From the IMG/VR virus record IMGVR_UViG_3300037706_000119, positions 1 to 35,497 of that record: 35,497 nucleotides of DNA; one strand, given 5' to 3'. The position numbers and the translations under genes are program-made. Shown here piece by piece: positions 17,580 to 27,224 of this stretch. This stretch comes from a virus. Taxonomy: Duplodnaviria; Caudoviricetes. A model generated the notes under the pieces. That model was given only the letters and a program-made list of their open reading frames with translations, did not search any database and had not been told where the DNA came from. Each line of letters starts with the position of its first letter. The first letter of the stretch is position 1.

Positions 17580-20500
17580 ATGCCCACCCTGTACAACCGC
17601 AAGCTGGGCCGTGACGAGTTCGTCCCGAACGAGCTGATCGCCGCCGCGCGCGACTCGGGCGACTACGACATCCCGGCCGACGTCGAGGCCAGCTTCGTCA
17701 CGCCCGCGGGCCGGACGGTGCAGGGCCGGCTGGCCGACGTTGAGCAGGCCACCAACACGCTGCCGTTCGAGCCAGCCCCCGAGGCGGGCATCCAGGAGCG
17801 CGAGCAGCAGGCGTACCTCGAGCAGGAGTACGGGGACAGCGGCGCGCGCGCCTTCGGCACCGGCGTCATCGAGGGCGTCACCCTGGGAGGATACGGCGCC
17901 GCCCTCCGGGCCATCGACCCCGAGGCAGCCAAGGTGGAGGGCTACGTCGAGCGGGCCAACCCCTGGGCCTCGCTCGGGGGCCAGATCGTGGGCGGCGTCG
18001 TGCCGGCGGTCCTGTCCGGCGGGGCGGGCGCGGCCGGTGCGGCCGCTCGGCTCACGCCAGCCGGCGCCGCGGCCGCTCTCGGCACGCGCATCGCCGGCGG
18101 CGCAGGCGGGGGCATCGCTCGCACGGCGGTCGGGCTCGGCGTCGAGGGGGCCATCGTCGGGGCGGGGCAGGGCGTCCACCAGCTGGCCCTCGAGAAGGAC
18201 CCGCTCACCTTCGAGCACGCGGTCGGGACCATCGGCCTCAACACGCTCCTGGGCGCAGGCATCGGCGCCGGGGCTGGCATCGTGGGCAAGGTCGCGGAGA
18301 AGGGCCTGCTCCGGGCCAAGCGCGCCGTGGACGAGGGGTCCGCTCGCATGGCCGCGCAGACCGGCGTGGCCGACGACCTCTCGGGCAGCAGCCTCCAGGA
18401 GCTGAAGGCGAAGCGGGTGGCCGAGGCAGCGCGCATCGACGCGGAGGAGATCGCGCCGCAGAGAGCCGCACTGGCCGATGAGATCGCCACCTACCGCAAG
18501 GACTCCAAGCAGGAGAAGTGGTGGCTGGCGACGAAGGGCGACAAGGACTTCGCCGAGCTGAATAAGGTCGCCCTCAAGGCGGACAAGCGGCTCGACTCGC
18601 TCACGGACGACCTCAAGGGCCTGCGCCAGGATCCGAAGTGGGCGCTCCGCCCGCTTCGCCAGCAGGAGCAGCGCCTGCAGGAACTGCTCGACCGCGGCGA
18701 CGAGGTGCGGGCCAAGATCGCCGCGGAGCAGGCTGCCGAGGCCGCCAAGGCCACGCCAGAGGCCTCCACAGGCAACATTCTCACGCGCTCCTTCGATGTG
18801 GACGGCGCCCCGGTGACGATGCGGGGGACGGCGCGCAATCTTGCGGAGTCCGAGGACGCTGCTACGACGTGGTCTCAGGCCGCGAAGTCGGATAAGCCGC
18901 TCGATCAGTTCTACGTCCAAGTCACCATGCCGGCCGCGTCGCTCCCTAGGGGAGTGCCGCGGCCGCCGGGCGGCGGAGATGCGAAAATCGGCAGCGTCCA
19001 GTTCGCGCTGAAGGACGGGGCTCTGTATCCGCGCAAGGTGTCCGTGCTGCCTGAATTTCAGCGCAAGGGCATCGCCACGCGGATGTATCAGATGGCGGAG
19101 GAGGCGACGGGCTTGAAGGCAGGACCGGCCCTCAAGCAAACGGACCAGGGACGGGCGTTCTCTGCCAAGTATCGCGCCGCGCGAGACGCCAAGATGACGC
19201 CCCAAAGGGCGGCGCCCTCGAAGATTCCGACCTACGACGAGTTGCCGCCCGGCGAGGCAGACGAATGGTTTGTCACCGCCACCGTTCCGATCGAGGAGCT
19301 CAAGCCACGCCTCATCTCGCTCCCGGGCGTCATCCCGGGTCGCCAGGAGAACATCCGGCGGTTACTCAAAGCGAACACGAAGCTCGACCCGGTGGACATC
19401 TCCATCACCCCCAGCGGCAAGATGTTCGTCAACGACGGCCGCCACAGGCTCCGCGTCGCCGCCGAGCGAGGCGATGACGTCGAGGTGCGGTTCAGTCGCG
19501 GATCAGAGGGGACAGAAGCCGGGACAGATCCGCTCTTCCCAGGCGATGCGCCGATGTTTCCGCAGGCCGGCGCGCGCGCGGGCGCGGCCCCGGGCGATGA
19601 CGTGATCGAGGTCGGCGGCAAGCAGCTCCGCATGGAGACCCGCACCGAGGCGGTCGGCTCCACCGAGCGGCTGCACGTCGAGCTGAAGCGCACCCTGGGC
19701 GATGGCGAGGAGGTCGTTGTCGGCAACGCCGAGTTCCGCCTCCGCGACGGCGAGCTGTACCCGCACAACGTCCAGGTGCAGCCCAACTTCCAGCGCCAGG
19801 GCCTGGCGACCCGCATGTATGAGAAGGCCGAGGCTCTCACGGGCAAGAAGATCGTGCCGAGCCGGACGCAGACGCCGGAGGGCAAGGCGCTGTCCGAGTC
19901 GTACCTGGCCCGGCGTTCAGCGGACGAGATCCTGGCCGGGCCACAGGCGACGCCCGGTGCGCCGGCGGTCTCCAAGATCGGCGAGACGCGCCTCAAGGCC
20001 CTCGACTCCGCAGAGCGGCTGCTCGAGCGCAACCGCTCCCTGCAGGAGCGCATCGCCCAGCTCTCCGCCCCGGCGGCGTCCCCCCGGCTCTCGTCAATCG
20101 ACGAGGCCATGGAACTGGTCAAGCAGGTGCCAAGGGGGCGCGGACTGGCCGAGGAGGCCGGGTCGGCCTACGCGGTGACAGCGCTCGTGGGCCTGGCCCC
20201 GGGCGGTCCCATCGGTGCCATGGCCGGCGTGATTGGCCCCAAGGTCCTGCGCAAGATCGGTGACTGGGTGTTCGGCCGCATGGGCCGCGCTGGCCTGGCG
20301 TCGTCGGAGCGTGCCACCAAGGCGGTGACCACGCTGCTGGACACCAGCGCCAAGGCGGCGCGCAAGGCCCCTCCGCTGGCCACCCGGGTGCTGACCCGGC
20401 TCTCGTTCGGGCAGGGCAAGGAGGAGCGGGTCCCGCGCGGAACCCCACCGCTGCAGGCGGCCTACCAGGCCCGCGAGCGCGAGATCATGGGGCAGGTGAC

Positions 20501-21110
20501 CATGGGTCCCGACGGCAAGGCCGTGATGCGGCCCGAGGCCAGGGAGCGGGTCTACGAGATGCTGAGCGGCGTCCGCGCCCTGTCACCCCTGCTGGCCGAT
20601 CGCATCGAGACGCACGTGGCGGCGGTGATCGAGTACCTCGCCAGCAAACTGCCCCGGCGGCCGGACATCGGCCACATGCAGGTGGGGCCGGACGTGTGGC
20701 ACCCGACCGAGCTGGAGATGCGGACCTTCGCGCGCATCGCATCGGCAGTCACGGACCCGAACGGCGTCGAGGAGCGGGCCGCGCAGGGCATGGTCACGCC
20801 CGACGAGGCCGAGGCGTACCGCACGCTCTTCCCCGAGCGACTGGCCGACTTCACCCGGCGGGTCGTCGAGGCGCTTCCGACGCTGCGCAAGCCGCTGTCG
20901 TGGGACCGGAGGCTCGCGCTCACCGTGCTCACCGGGGTGCCGATGGACCCGTCCCTGGTGCCTCAGGTGCTCCGGGTGATGCAGAGCGTGTACGTCGAAG
21001 AGCCGGGAACAGATGGCGGCATGGAAGCGCCGCGAGCACAGCCGGCCTTCGGGTCGATGAGTCGAGAGCAGCCATCGCCGTCGCAGGCACGGCAGGAGAG
21101 GACCGCATGA
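17580..21110 (+). CDS. Large internal virion protein with two GNAT domains and a ParB/Srx-like domain
   Basis: Gly/Ala hydrophobic stretches; VLPEFQRKGIATRMY and VQPNFQRQGLATRMY (GNAT motif A); VNDGRHRL (ParB/Srx). Confidence 0.85.
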   Translation: MPTLYNRKLGRDEFVPNELIAAARDSGDYDIPADVEASFVTPAGRTVQGRLADVEQATNTLPFEPAPEAGIQEREQQAYLEQEYGDSGARAFGTGVIEGVTLGGYGAALRAIDPEAAKVEGYVERANPWASLGGQIVGGVVPAVLSGGAGAAGAAARLTPAGAAAALGTRIAGGAGGGIARTAVGLGVEGAIVGAGQGVHQLALEKDPLTFEHAVGTIGLNTLLGAGIGAGAGIVGKVAEKGLLRAKRAVDEGSARMAAQTGVADDLSGSSLQELKAKRVAEAARIDAEEIAPQRAALADEIATYRKDSKQEKWWLATKGDKDFAELNKVALKADKRLDSLTDDLKGLRQDPKWALRPLRQQEQRLQELLDRGDEVRAKIAAEQAAEAAKATPEASTGNILTRSFDVDGAPVTMRGTARNLAESEDAATTWSQAAKSDKPLDQFYVQVTMPAASLPRGVPRPPGGGDAKIGSVQFALKDGALYPRKVSVLPEFQRKGIATRMYQMAEEATGLKAGPALKQTDQGRAFSAKYRAARDAKMTPQRAAPSKIPTYDELPPGEADEWFVTATVPIEELKPRLISLPGVIPGRQENIRRLLKANTKLDPVDISITPSGKMFVNDGRHRLRVAAERGDDVEVRFSRGSEGTEAGTDPLFPGDAPMFPQAGARAGAAPGDDVIEVGGKQLRMETRTEAVGSTERLHVELKRTLGDGEEVVVGNAEFRLRDGELYPHNVQVQPNFQRQGLATRMYEKAEALTGKKIVPSRTQTPEGKALSESYLARRSADEILAGPQATPGAPAVSKIGETRLKALDSAERLLERNRSLQERIAQLSAPAASPRLSSIDEAMELVKQVPRGRGLAEEAGSAYAVTALVGLAPGGPIGAMAGVIGPKVLRKIGDWVFGRMGRAGLASSERATKAVTTLLDTSAKAARKAPPLATRVLTRLSFGQGKEERVPRGTPPLQAAYQAREREIMGQVTMGPDGKAVMRPEARERVYEMLSGVRALSPLLADRIETHVAAVIEYLASKLPRRPDIGHMQVGPDVWHPTELEMRTFARIASAVTDPNGVEERAAQGMVTPDEAEAYRTLFPERLADFTRRVVEALPTLRKPLSWDRRLALTVLTGVPMDPSLVPQVLRVMQSVYVEEPGTDGGMEAPRAQPAFGSMSREQPSPSQARQERTA

Positions 21111-21508
21111 GCTATCAGCCACTGTTCAGAGGCGTGCAGGCGAGCGGCACGACCATCGCGGTCCCCGTCCCGATCGTGCTGGGCGCCGCCGGCGTCCAGG
21201 TCTCCTGGGACGACGCGACCACGGCGGCCTCGTTTGCGTTCGAGCTGTCCAGCTACCCGGCCGACCTCGCGCCGGTCGGGGCCGGTGGCGCTGGAACGCA
21301 GGTGACCGGAGGTGGCCACGCCTACCTCGCCGGTGCCGCCGCGCAGTTCTGGGTGGACTCGGGCGAGACGATCGCCGCCGTCGCTGCTGGCGCCGCCGGG
21401 TCGTTCCTGATCAACGCGTCCGGCATCCGCCAGCGGCGCGGCCGGCTGCTCATCACAGCAGCCGCCGACTGCTCGTGGATCATCTGGCCTGGGGCCATCG
21501 AGGTCTGA
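21107..21508 (+). CDS. Putative virion protein
   Basis: Start at ATGA 21107 (MSYQPLFRG...); beta-rich. Confidence 0.7.
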   Translation: MSYQPLFRGVQASGTTIAVPVPIVLGAAGVQVSWDDATTAASFAFELSSYPADLAPVGAGGAGTQVTGGGHAYLAGAAAQFWVDSGETIAAVAAGAAGSFLINASGIRQRRGRLLITAAADCSWIIWPGAIEV

Positions 21509-23523
21509 TGCCGTCCCGTGCACGACTGAGTCGGTGGCTGGTGGCGAGCGGGATCGTGTCCGGCATCATCATCGGCATCTCCGTCGGCATCAACCCGGGC
21601 AGCGGGGGCAGCAGCATCAACCTCACCGCACCGTGGGCGATGCACCCTTTCGTTGCTGGCGTCGCCGGCTCCGGGAACCCCGACGGCGCCGATGGTGTGT
21701 ACCTGGCCGACTTTGACGGAGACGGCCTGCTCGATGCCGTGATCGGTCACGAGCAAGGGACGCGCGTCACGCTGAGTTTTCACCCCGGAGCGGCCGGCGG
21801 CCTGGTCGAGCAGGAGTGGCCGACGGTCATCCTGCCGACGGTGAACATTGGCTCGGTCGAGGACGCGATAGCGTGCGACGTGGACCAGGACGGAGCGCTC
21901 GACATCGTCACCGCGGCGGAGACTGGTACCTTTCGCGTCGAGGTCATCTTCGCGCCGGCGCCGCCGAACACCCGGGCCGAGTTGCTGAACGCGGCCAACT
22001 GGACCCGAGTCACGCTCGACGACAGCGCCGGCCGCCGGTCGATGCGCGCGCAGTGCGCGGACATCGCCGGTGACGCAGCCCCCGAACTGATCGTGGGCGG
22101 CAAGGACGACGGAGCCATCGCGGCGGAGATCGGGTACTACGACAGCGCCACGCCGCGCACAGGTTCGTCGTGGGCGTTCAACAGCATCATGCCTGTCGGC
22201 TGGGTGATGCAGATGCTGGTGCTCGACATCAACGGAGACGGCAACCTCGACATCTACTACACCGACCGCACCCAGATCCTCACCCCCAGCGCCGACGGCA
22301 CCAAGCGCGGCGTGCGAGTGCTGCTCGCCGATGCGGCGGACCCGCCGGGCTACACCGAGCAGCAGATCATCGGACCCGAGGGGGACCACAAGTGGGGCGA
22401 CCTAGTCGACTGGGACGGCGACACCGACCTGGACGTGGTGGATTGCCACAGCAACGGCGACGGCGCGGTCAACGAACTGACCATCGCAATCAACAACGGC
22501 GGCGCGACCAGCTGGACCGAGATCCCGGTGACGATGCCGTCGGGCGTCGGGCAGTGCCAGATGGTGACGGCCGGAGACCTGGACCAGGACGGCGTCAACG
22601 ACCTGGTGGTCTCCTACTTCAACGCGACCAACCTGTCGTCCGTGATCTGGATGCGCAACGTCGGGACCGCGCTCGAACCGGTCTTCCAGCGCGGGGAGAT
22701 CAGCGGAATCCTCGACGCCGACTCCGACGTCAAGATGGACAACATCGTCCTGTTCGACGTCGACGGCGACGGTGATCTGGACGCGGTCAACACCGAGCAG
22801 CACGTGGCCAGCGGGACCGGGCCGGGGCTCGGGGGCATCTACTTCGAGAATCCCCGCGCGACCTTCATCGCCCCGCCGGTCACGACGGTGACATGCTCGC
22901 TGCTCACGTCGGGCACCTCGACAACCGACGCGACCAGCATCGCCACCGCGGCCATCACACCCGGTGCCAATCGGCCGGTGTTAGCCGCCATCGTGACGAC
23001 GAGCTCGGTGGCCAACCAGCGCGCACCCTCGACCGTGACCGGCGCGGGGCTGTCCCTCACCCAGCTCGCGGACCAGGCATTCACGACCGTGAGCACGTAC
23101 CGACGGCTCACCGTCTGGGAGGGCGTGGCCGCGTCGCCGACCACGGAGGCGGTGACGTTCGACTTCGGGGCGGGTGGCAATTTGGCCAGCTGGGGATGGG
23201 CGATCGTCGAGTGCGCCGGTGGCGACCCGGCGGACCCCAGCCTGCAGACCGACATCGCCACGGTGGCGGCTGGCACCTCGGCGCCGACGGCGCTCGCCGC
23301 GCTGGACAGCGCCAACAGCGCGCATGTCTGCATCGTCGGGCAATCGGTCAACAGCGCCACCGCGGTCACCCCTGATGCGCAGTTCGCCGAGCTGGCCGAG
23401 AGCGCGTTCGCGAACGGATCGGGCTCGATCGAGGTGGCCTGGGCCAACGACGAGACCGGCTGTGACGCGAGCTGGGGTAGCGCCGACGCGGCCCAGCTGT
23501 CCATCGAGGTGGCGACGCCATGA
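21508..23523 (+). CDS. FG-GAP/VCBS-repeat beta-propeller protein with N-terminal hydrophobic helix
   Basis: Seven DxDxDGxxD-like repeats; Thr/Ala-rich C-terminal beta domain; TGATG-coupled start. Confidence 0.85.
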   Translation: MPSRARLSRWLVASGIVSGIIIGISVGINPGSGGSSINLTAPWAMHPFVAGVAGSGNPDGADGVYLADFDGDGLLDAVIGHEQGTRVTLSFHPGAAGGLVEQEWPTVILPTVNIGSVEDAIACDVDQDGALDIVTAAETGTFRVEVIFAPAPPNTRAELLNAANWTRVTLDDSAGRRSMRAQCADIAGDAAPELIVGGKDDGAIAAEIGYYDSATPRTGSSWAFNSIMPVGWVMQMLVLDINGDGNLDIYYTDRTQILTPSADGTKRGVRVLLADAADPPGYTEQQIIGPEGDHKWGDLVDWDGDTDLDVVDCHSNGDGAVNELTIAINNGGATSWTEIPVTMPSGVGQCQMVTAGDLDQDGVNDLVVSYFNATNLSSVIWMRNVGTALEPVFQRGEISGILDADSDVKMDNIVLFDVDGDGDLDAVNTEQHVASGTGPGLGGIYFENPRATFIAPPVTTVTCSLLTSGTSTTDATSIATAAITPGANRPVLAAIVTTSSVANQRAPSTVTGAGLSLTQLADQAFTTVSTYRRLTVWEGVAASPTTEAVTFDFGAGGNLASWGWAIVECAGGDPADPSLQTDIATVAAGTSAPTALAALDSANSAHVCIVGQSVNSATAVTPDAQFAELAESAFANGSGSIEVAWANDETGCDASWGSADAAQLSIEVATP

Positions 23524-24959
23524 GCCCGCACATGCCCTTGGCGGACTCCCCACCTATCGTGTCACGGGGGGTCGCCAGCGTCGAGACGTTCGGCGCGGTG
23601 GGGGATGGTGTCACGGACGATACAGGGGCGTTCGTGGCGGCCATCTCCACTGGGATCAGCCCCATCGGGCTAAGTCCAGGGAAGACCTACGTAACCGGCC
23701 CTATAACGATAACCGGAAAGGTCACGCTTAGCAGCAGGTTCTCCGGCAAGGTGGACGGACTGCACGACTACCCGGTCATCCAGCTGAGGGCCGGCGCAAC
23801 AGACCACCACATTACCGTTGCTGGCGGGACTGAATCTCGGCTGATCGTGGAAGGTGTTCTACTGGACGGCAACAAAGCTAACCAATCATTCGCCTCCCAC
23901 GCGATTTATTGTACGTCCGCCGGTTCAACCTACTCTGACAGCGCAGTGCTCGACGGTTCGATCATTCGCAACTACAAGGGCGACGGCATCCGTCTAGAGC
24001 AGAACCGTAACAACCTCTGGGTCATCAACCGCAGTTACATTCTGGCAAACGACGGACACGGGGTGTACGGAGTCAGCGCGCTAGACAGCCGTATTTGGCA
24101 GTCCGACGTCGGGGACAACGGGCTGTCCAACATCCGGTTTGCTGGCGTATCGGGCGCCATAGTTGAGAACATAAAGGTGGGCCTATGCGACATCTACCAC
24201 GCAGGGCTGCACAACGTGCAAATCGATAACTACACGCGTTCCGTGTTCTTGCTGCAAAACGACTATTTGCGAGCAGAGCAACATGGAATAGCAGTCGCCG
24301 CATCATCTCTAGCCAACCCCGCCGTAGACATCGTCGGTGGGCGGTTCTCCTACAACAGCAACTCTGCCCATAACACGTACTCGGATGTCCTCGCGGAATG
24401 TCGAGGAGTGTCTCTTACGGGCACATGCCACCAGAACAACGGTGCGACAAACGTCATTAAATACATCATTGAGACTACGGCCAACACCCCCGCTGATGGT
24501 CCGGTAGGCGCATACAACATGACGTTTAGCTCAAACACGTACGCTACCGCCCCCACGAACAACAACAACAAGACACACTGGAGCGGGGTCGGACGAAACT
24601 TCTACGCGCAATCCCAGTTTCTTAGGTTCGCCGCACCGGTCTCACCCACCGACACAATCCTCGTGGCTCACGGAGCGGGGGGCGGGAACTCGTTCGAGAT
24701 TCTGTCGGGCGGGCGGATCCGCTGGGGTGACGGGGCGGCGGCCTCGGACGCGTCGATGGAACGAGTGGCGGCGTCCGTCTTGGGCAGTCTTAACGCATCA
24801 TTTCGCCTCAACCTCGTGACGGCGACCTACCAATTAAGGTCGCCAAACGGAACGCTCTACCATCTGTGGGTCGATGACACCGGTGACTGGCGCACTAAGG
24901 CCGACCCGGCGCCGACGGACAAGAACGCCGACGGCACCGTCATCGGAACGCAGTCATGA
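23520..24959 (+). CDS. Tailspike / right-handed beta-helix depolymerase
   Basis: SVETFGAVGDGVTDDTGAFVAAI pectate-lyase-3-type motif; Asn/Gly/Ile beta-helix coils. Confidence 0.85.
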   Translation: MSPHMPLADSPPIVSRGVASVETFGAVGDGVTDDTGAFVAAISTGISPIGLSPGKTYVTGPITITGKVTLSSRFSGKVDGLHDYPVIQLRAGATDHHITVAGGTESRLIVEGVLLDGNKANQSFASHAIYCTSAGSTYSDSAVLDGSIIRNYKGDGIRLEQNRNNLWVINRSYILANDGHGVYGVSALDSRIWQSDVGDNGLSNIRFAGVSGAIVENIKVGLCDIYHAGLHNVQIDNYTRSVFLLQNDYLRAEQHGIAVAASSLANPAVDIVGGRFSYNSNSAHNTYSDVLAECRGVSLTGTCHQNNGATNVIKYIIETTANTPADGPVGAYNMTFSSNTYATAPTNNNNKTHWSGVGRNFYAQSQFLRFAAPVSPTDTILVAHGAGGGNSFEILSGGRIRWGDGAAASDASMERVAASVLGSLNASFRLNLVTATYQLRSPNGTLYHLWVDDTGDWRTKADPAPTDKNADGTVIGTQS

Positions 24960-25033
24960 CCGAGGACGCCGCCAAATCCGATCGCGCCCGCCCGTCGAGC
25001 CCGGCACAGCTGTCCATCGAGTTCGCACCATGA
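24956..25033 (+). CDS. 25-aa peptide MTEDAAKSDRARPSSPAQLSIEFAP
   Basis: ATGA overlaps at both ends. Confidence 0.45.
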   Translation: MTEDAAKSDRARPSSPAQLSIEFAP

Positions 25034-25539
25034 GAGACACCGATCCGGACCTCGCCGCACCCGAGCCGCGCGCCCGCCGCTTCACGCAGGAGACCACGTC
25101 GGCGAGGAAGCACCTCTACATGGCCGCCGCCAGCCTTCTCACCGCGCTCGGCGTGGCCATCCCGGCGCTCGTGCAGAGCTGCCAGCTGCGCGCCGGTGTG
25201 AGCCAGGCCAAGCAGGGCGTCGCGGAGACGAGGCAGGAGGTGAAGGAGACGAAGCAGGAGGCGGTCGAGGCCAAGGTCGTCGCCGGCGCCGGCTATGCTG
25301 CGACGAAAACCAAGCTCGATCCGACGTCCGAGGAGGTGGTCCAGCTTCGCAAGGACGTCAACGCCATCAAGGCCGAGCTGGCCGCCCAGCGCGCGCGCCG
25401 CGAGCAGCGGGCCGGCCGGCGCGCCAGGCCAACCGCCCCGCCGCCGGATCCGGTGGCCCCCGAGGTCGCCAAGCCGCTACCGGCGACGCCGGCCGCCGCA
25501 GCAGCAGCAACAGACGCCGCCCCACCGGCGGTGAAGTGA
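25030..25539 (+). CDS. Membrane-anchored coiled-coil protein (lysis region)
   Basis: One TM segment, then coiled coil and Pro/Ala tail; start at ATGA 25030. Confidence 0.7.
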   Translation: MRDTDPDLAAPEPRARRFTQETTSARKHLYMAAASLLTALGVAIPALVQSCQLRAGVSQAKQGVAETRQEVKETKQEAVEAKVVAGAGYAATKTKLDPTSEEVVQLRKDVNAIKAELAAQRARREQRAGRRARPTAPPPDPVAPEVAKPLPATPAAAAAATDAAPPAVK

Positions 25540-25549
25540 GGAGAGAGAC

Positions 25550-25978
25550 ATGAACCGAATCGCAACCGCCCTGATCCTGCTCGTCCTGATGCTCGTGCCG
25601 TCCATCGCGCTGGCCCAGGTCGAGCCGGAGACGCCGGCCGGCGTCGAGATCCTGCAGTGGCTCGTGATGGCGGCCGTCATCGTCGCGCTCGGCGCCGCGG
25701 GCTGGGTCGCGCGCAAGGCCGCGGGATGGGTCAAGGTCAAGACAGGCATCGACACCGAGGTGCTTCTGCTGTCGCTGGGCGAGTCGGCCGTGAGCCTGGC
25801 CGAGGAGAAGGCCCACCGCTGGGCCAAGGAGTCGGGCGAGAAGCTCAGCTCCAACAAGAAGCTCGACCTCGCACTCGACTTCGCCCGCGATCGCGCCGTC
25901 GAGATGAAGCTCGACAAGAAGGCCGAGGCGAAGCTTCGCGAGTACATCGACGTCAAGCTGGGCGCGAGCCGATCATGA
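25550..25978 (+). CDS. Holin-like membrane protein
   Basis: Signal-like N-terminus, TM, then AVSLAEE...KKLDLA...YID reminiscent of LL-H-type holins. Confidence 0.6.
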   Translation: MNRIATALILLVLMLVPSIALAQVEPETPAGVEILQWLVMAAVIVALGAAGWVARKAAGWVKVKTGIDTEVLLLSLGESAVSLAEEKAHRWAKESGEKLSSNKKLDLALDFARDRAVEMKLDKKAEAKLREYIDVKLGASRS

Positions 25979-26247
25979 CCTGGCAGGCGGCCGCAATCCT
26001 CGTCGGCGGCCTGCTGGCGATCGGGGGCGTCATCGCCTACCTGTTCCACCGCGCCCTAGCGCGCGCGGAGCGGGCAGAGCGCGCCGCGGCCGCCGAGCGG
26101 GTGAAGACGCTCGACGTGCAAGCCCGCGAGATGCGCGACGCGCACCTGGCCAGGACGAGGCCGATGGGCAACGACGAGCTCGTGGCCGAGGCCGACGCGC
26201 TGGCCGAGCGCATCCGCAAGGACATGGAGCGGAGGGGCGGCCGATGA
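25975..26247 (+). CDS. Rz/i-spanin-like protein
   Basis: N-terminal TM plus coiled coil; ATGA overlaps. Confidence 0.55.
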   Translation: MTWQAAAILVGGLLAIGGVIAYLFHRALARAERAERAAAAERVKTLDVQAREMRDAHLARTRPMGNDELVAEADALAERIRKDMERRGGR

Positions 26248-26540
26248 GGGCGCTGCTCGTGGCCGCGCTCCTGGCCGTGGCGTCGCCCGCGCGGGCCGAG
26301 CCGCCGCCCGCCGCCGTTGAGGCGCCAACCGTGACCCTGAAGCGCGAGACGCTCGAGCTGATCATGGCCGAGGCGGCGACGGCCGAGCCGACCCGCCAGC
26401 TCCTGCTCGACTGCCAGGCGGACGCCGCCAAGCTGGCCAAGGCGGACCCGCAGTCGACCTGGTGGTCGGGCATGAAGTGGGCCGGGGTCGGCGCCCTCGT
26501 GATCGGAGCATTCGCGGCCGGCGTCTGGATCGGCCACTGA
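26244..26540 (+). CDS. Secreted protein with C-terminal TM helix (spanin-position gene)
   Basis: Signal peptide ending ARA, short helix, C-terminal hydrophobic helix; no lipobox. Confidence 0.65.
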   Translation: MRALLVAALLAVASPARAEPPPAAVEAPTVTLKRETLELIMAEAATAEPTRQLLLDCQADAAKLAKADPQSTWWSGMKWAGVGALVIGAFAAGVWIGH

Positions 26541-26554
26541 ACAGGAGGTAGCCA

Positions 26555-26713
26555 ATGGTGATCGCCATCGTTCCGTTTCTGGTCTGCATCGCCGGCGCGC
26601 TGATCTACGCGTTCGCCAGCGGCAAGGCCGAGGCCATCGGCAAGGACATGTTCTGGACCGGGCTCCTGGTGACGCTGCTCGTCCTCGCCACCAAGGTCGT
26701 CAAGCTGGGATGA
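26555..26713 (+). CDS. 52-aa two-TM protein (holin candidate), not in ORF track
   Basis: AGGAGGT SD; MVIAIVPFLVCIAGALIYAFASGKAEAIGKDMFWTGLLVTLLVLATKVVKLG; ATGA overlap with the next gene. Confidence 0.8.
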   Translation: MVIAIVPFLVCIAGALIYAFASGKAEAIGKDMFWTGLLVTLLVLATKVVKLG

Positions 26714-27030
26714 GCACGGACGACGACGATCGGGCCACGACGCGGATGCATGTCCTGCCGGACATCTTCTCGACCGGGCCGCGTGAGACGGTCGCCATGC
26801 CCGCGCTCACCCGGCCGGAGCCGACGATCCGGATCGCCGAGCGCACCGTCCGCCCGCCCGACCACGACGACCTGCACGACGACCAGCCGTGGCAGACCGG
26901 AGCCACCCGCGTGGAGCTGCTCACCCGGCCCGACTTCGAGCGCGCGATCCGCCGGCTGCTGCGCGCCGTCTACGTGTCCGCCGCGCTGTTCGCATTGTCG
27001 GTCGCCTTCACCGCATGGCTCCTGCGATGA
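26710..27030 (+). CDS. Hypothetical protein with C-terminal TM
   Basis: Coupled overlaps; hydrophobic C-terminus. Confidence 0.7.
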   Translation: MSTDDDDRATTRMHVLPDIFSTGPRETVAMPALTRPEPTIRIAERTVRPPDHDDLHDDQPWQTGATRVELLTRPDFERAIRRLLRAVYVSAALFALSVAFTAWLLR

Positions 27031-27221
27031 GCCGCACCGGCGTGGTCATCCTCAGCAGCCGCGAGGCGGTGGCCCTCGCGCTCGAGCTGCTCACCTCCGC
27101 ATGGCGCGCCGGCCACGTCGTGAGCTTCAGCTGCCAGGTCGAGGTCAACGGCGTCTCGCGCGTCTCGGTGGTCTACCAGGCAGACGCGCCGGAGATCGAC
27201 CTCCAGCACCTCGAGGGCTGA
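27027..27221 (+). CDS. Hypothetical protein (64 aa)
   Basis: Start at ATGA 27027 (MSRTGVVIL...). Confidence 0.65.
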   Translation: MSRTGVVILSSREAVALALELLTSAWRAGHVVSFSCQVEVNGVSRVSVVYQADAPEIDLQHLEG

Positions 27222-27224
27222 CGA

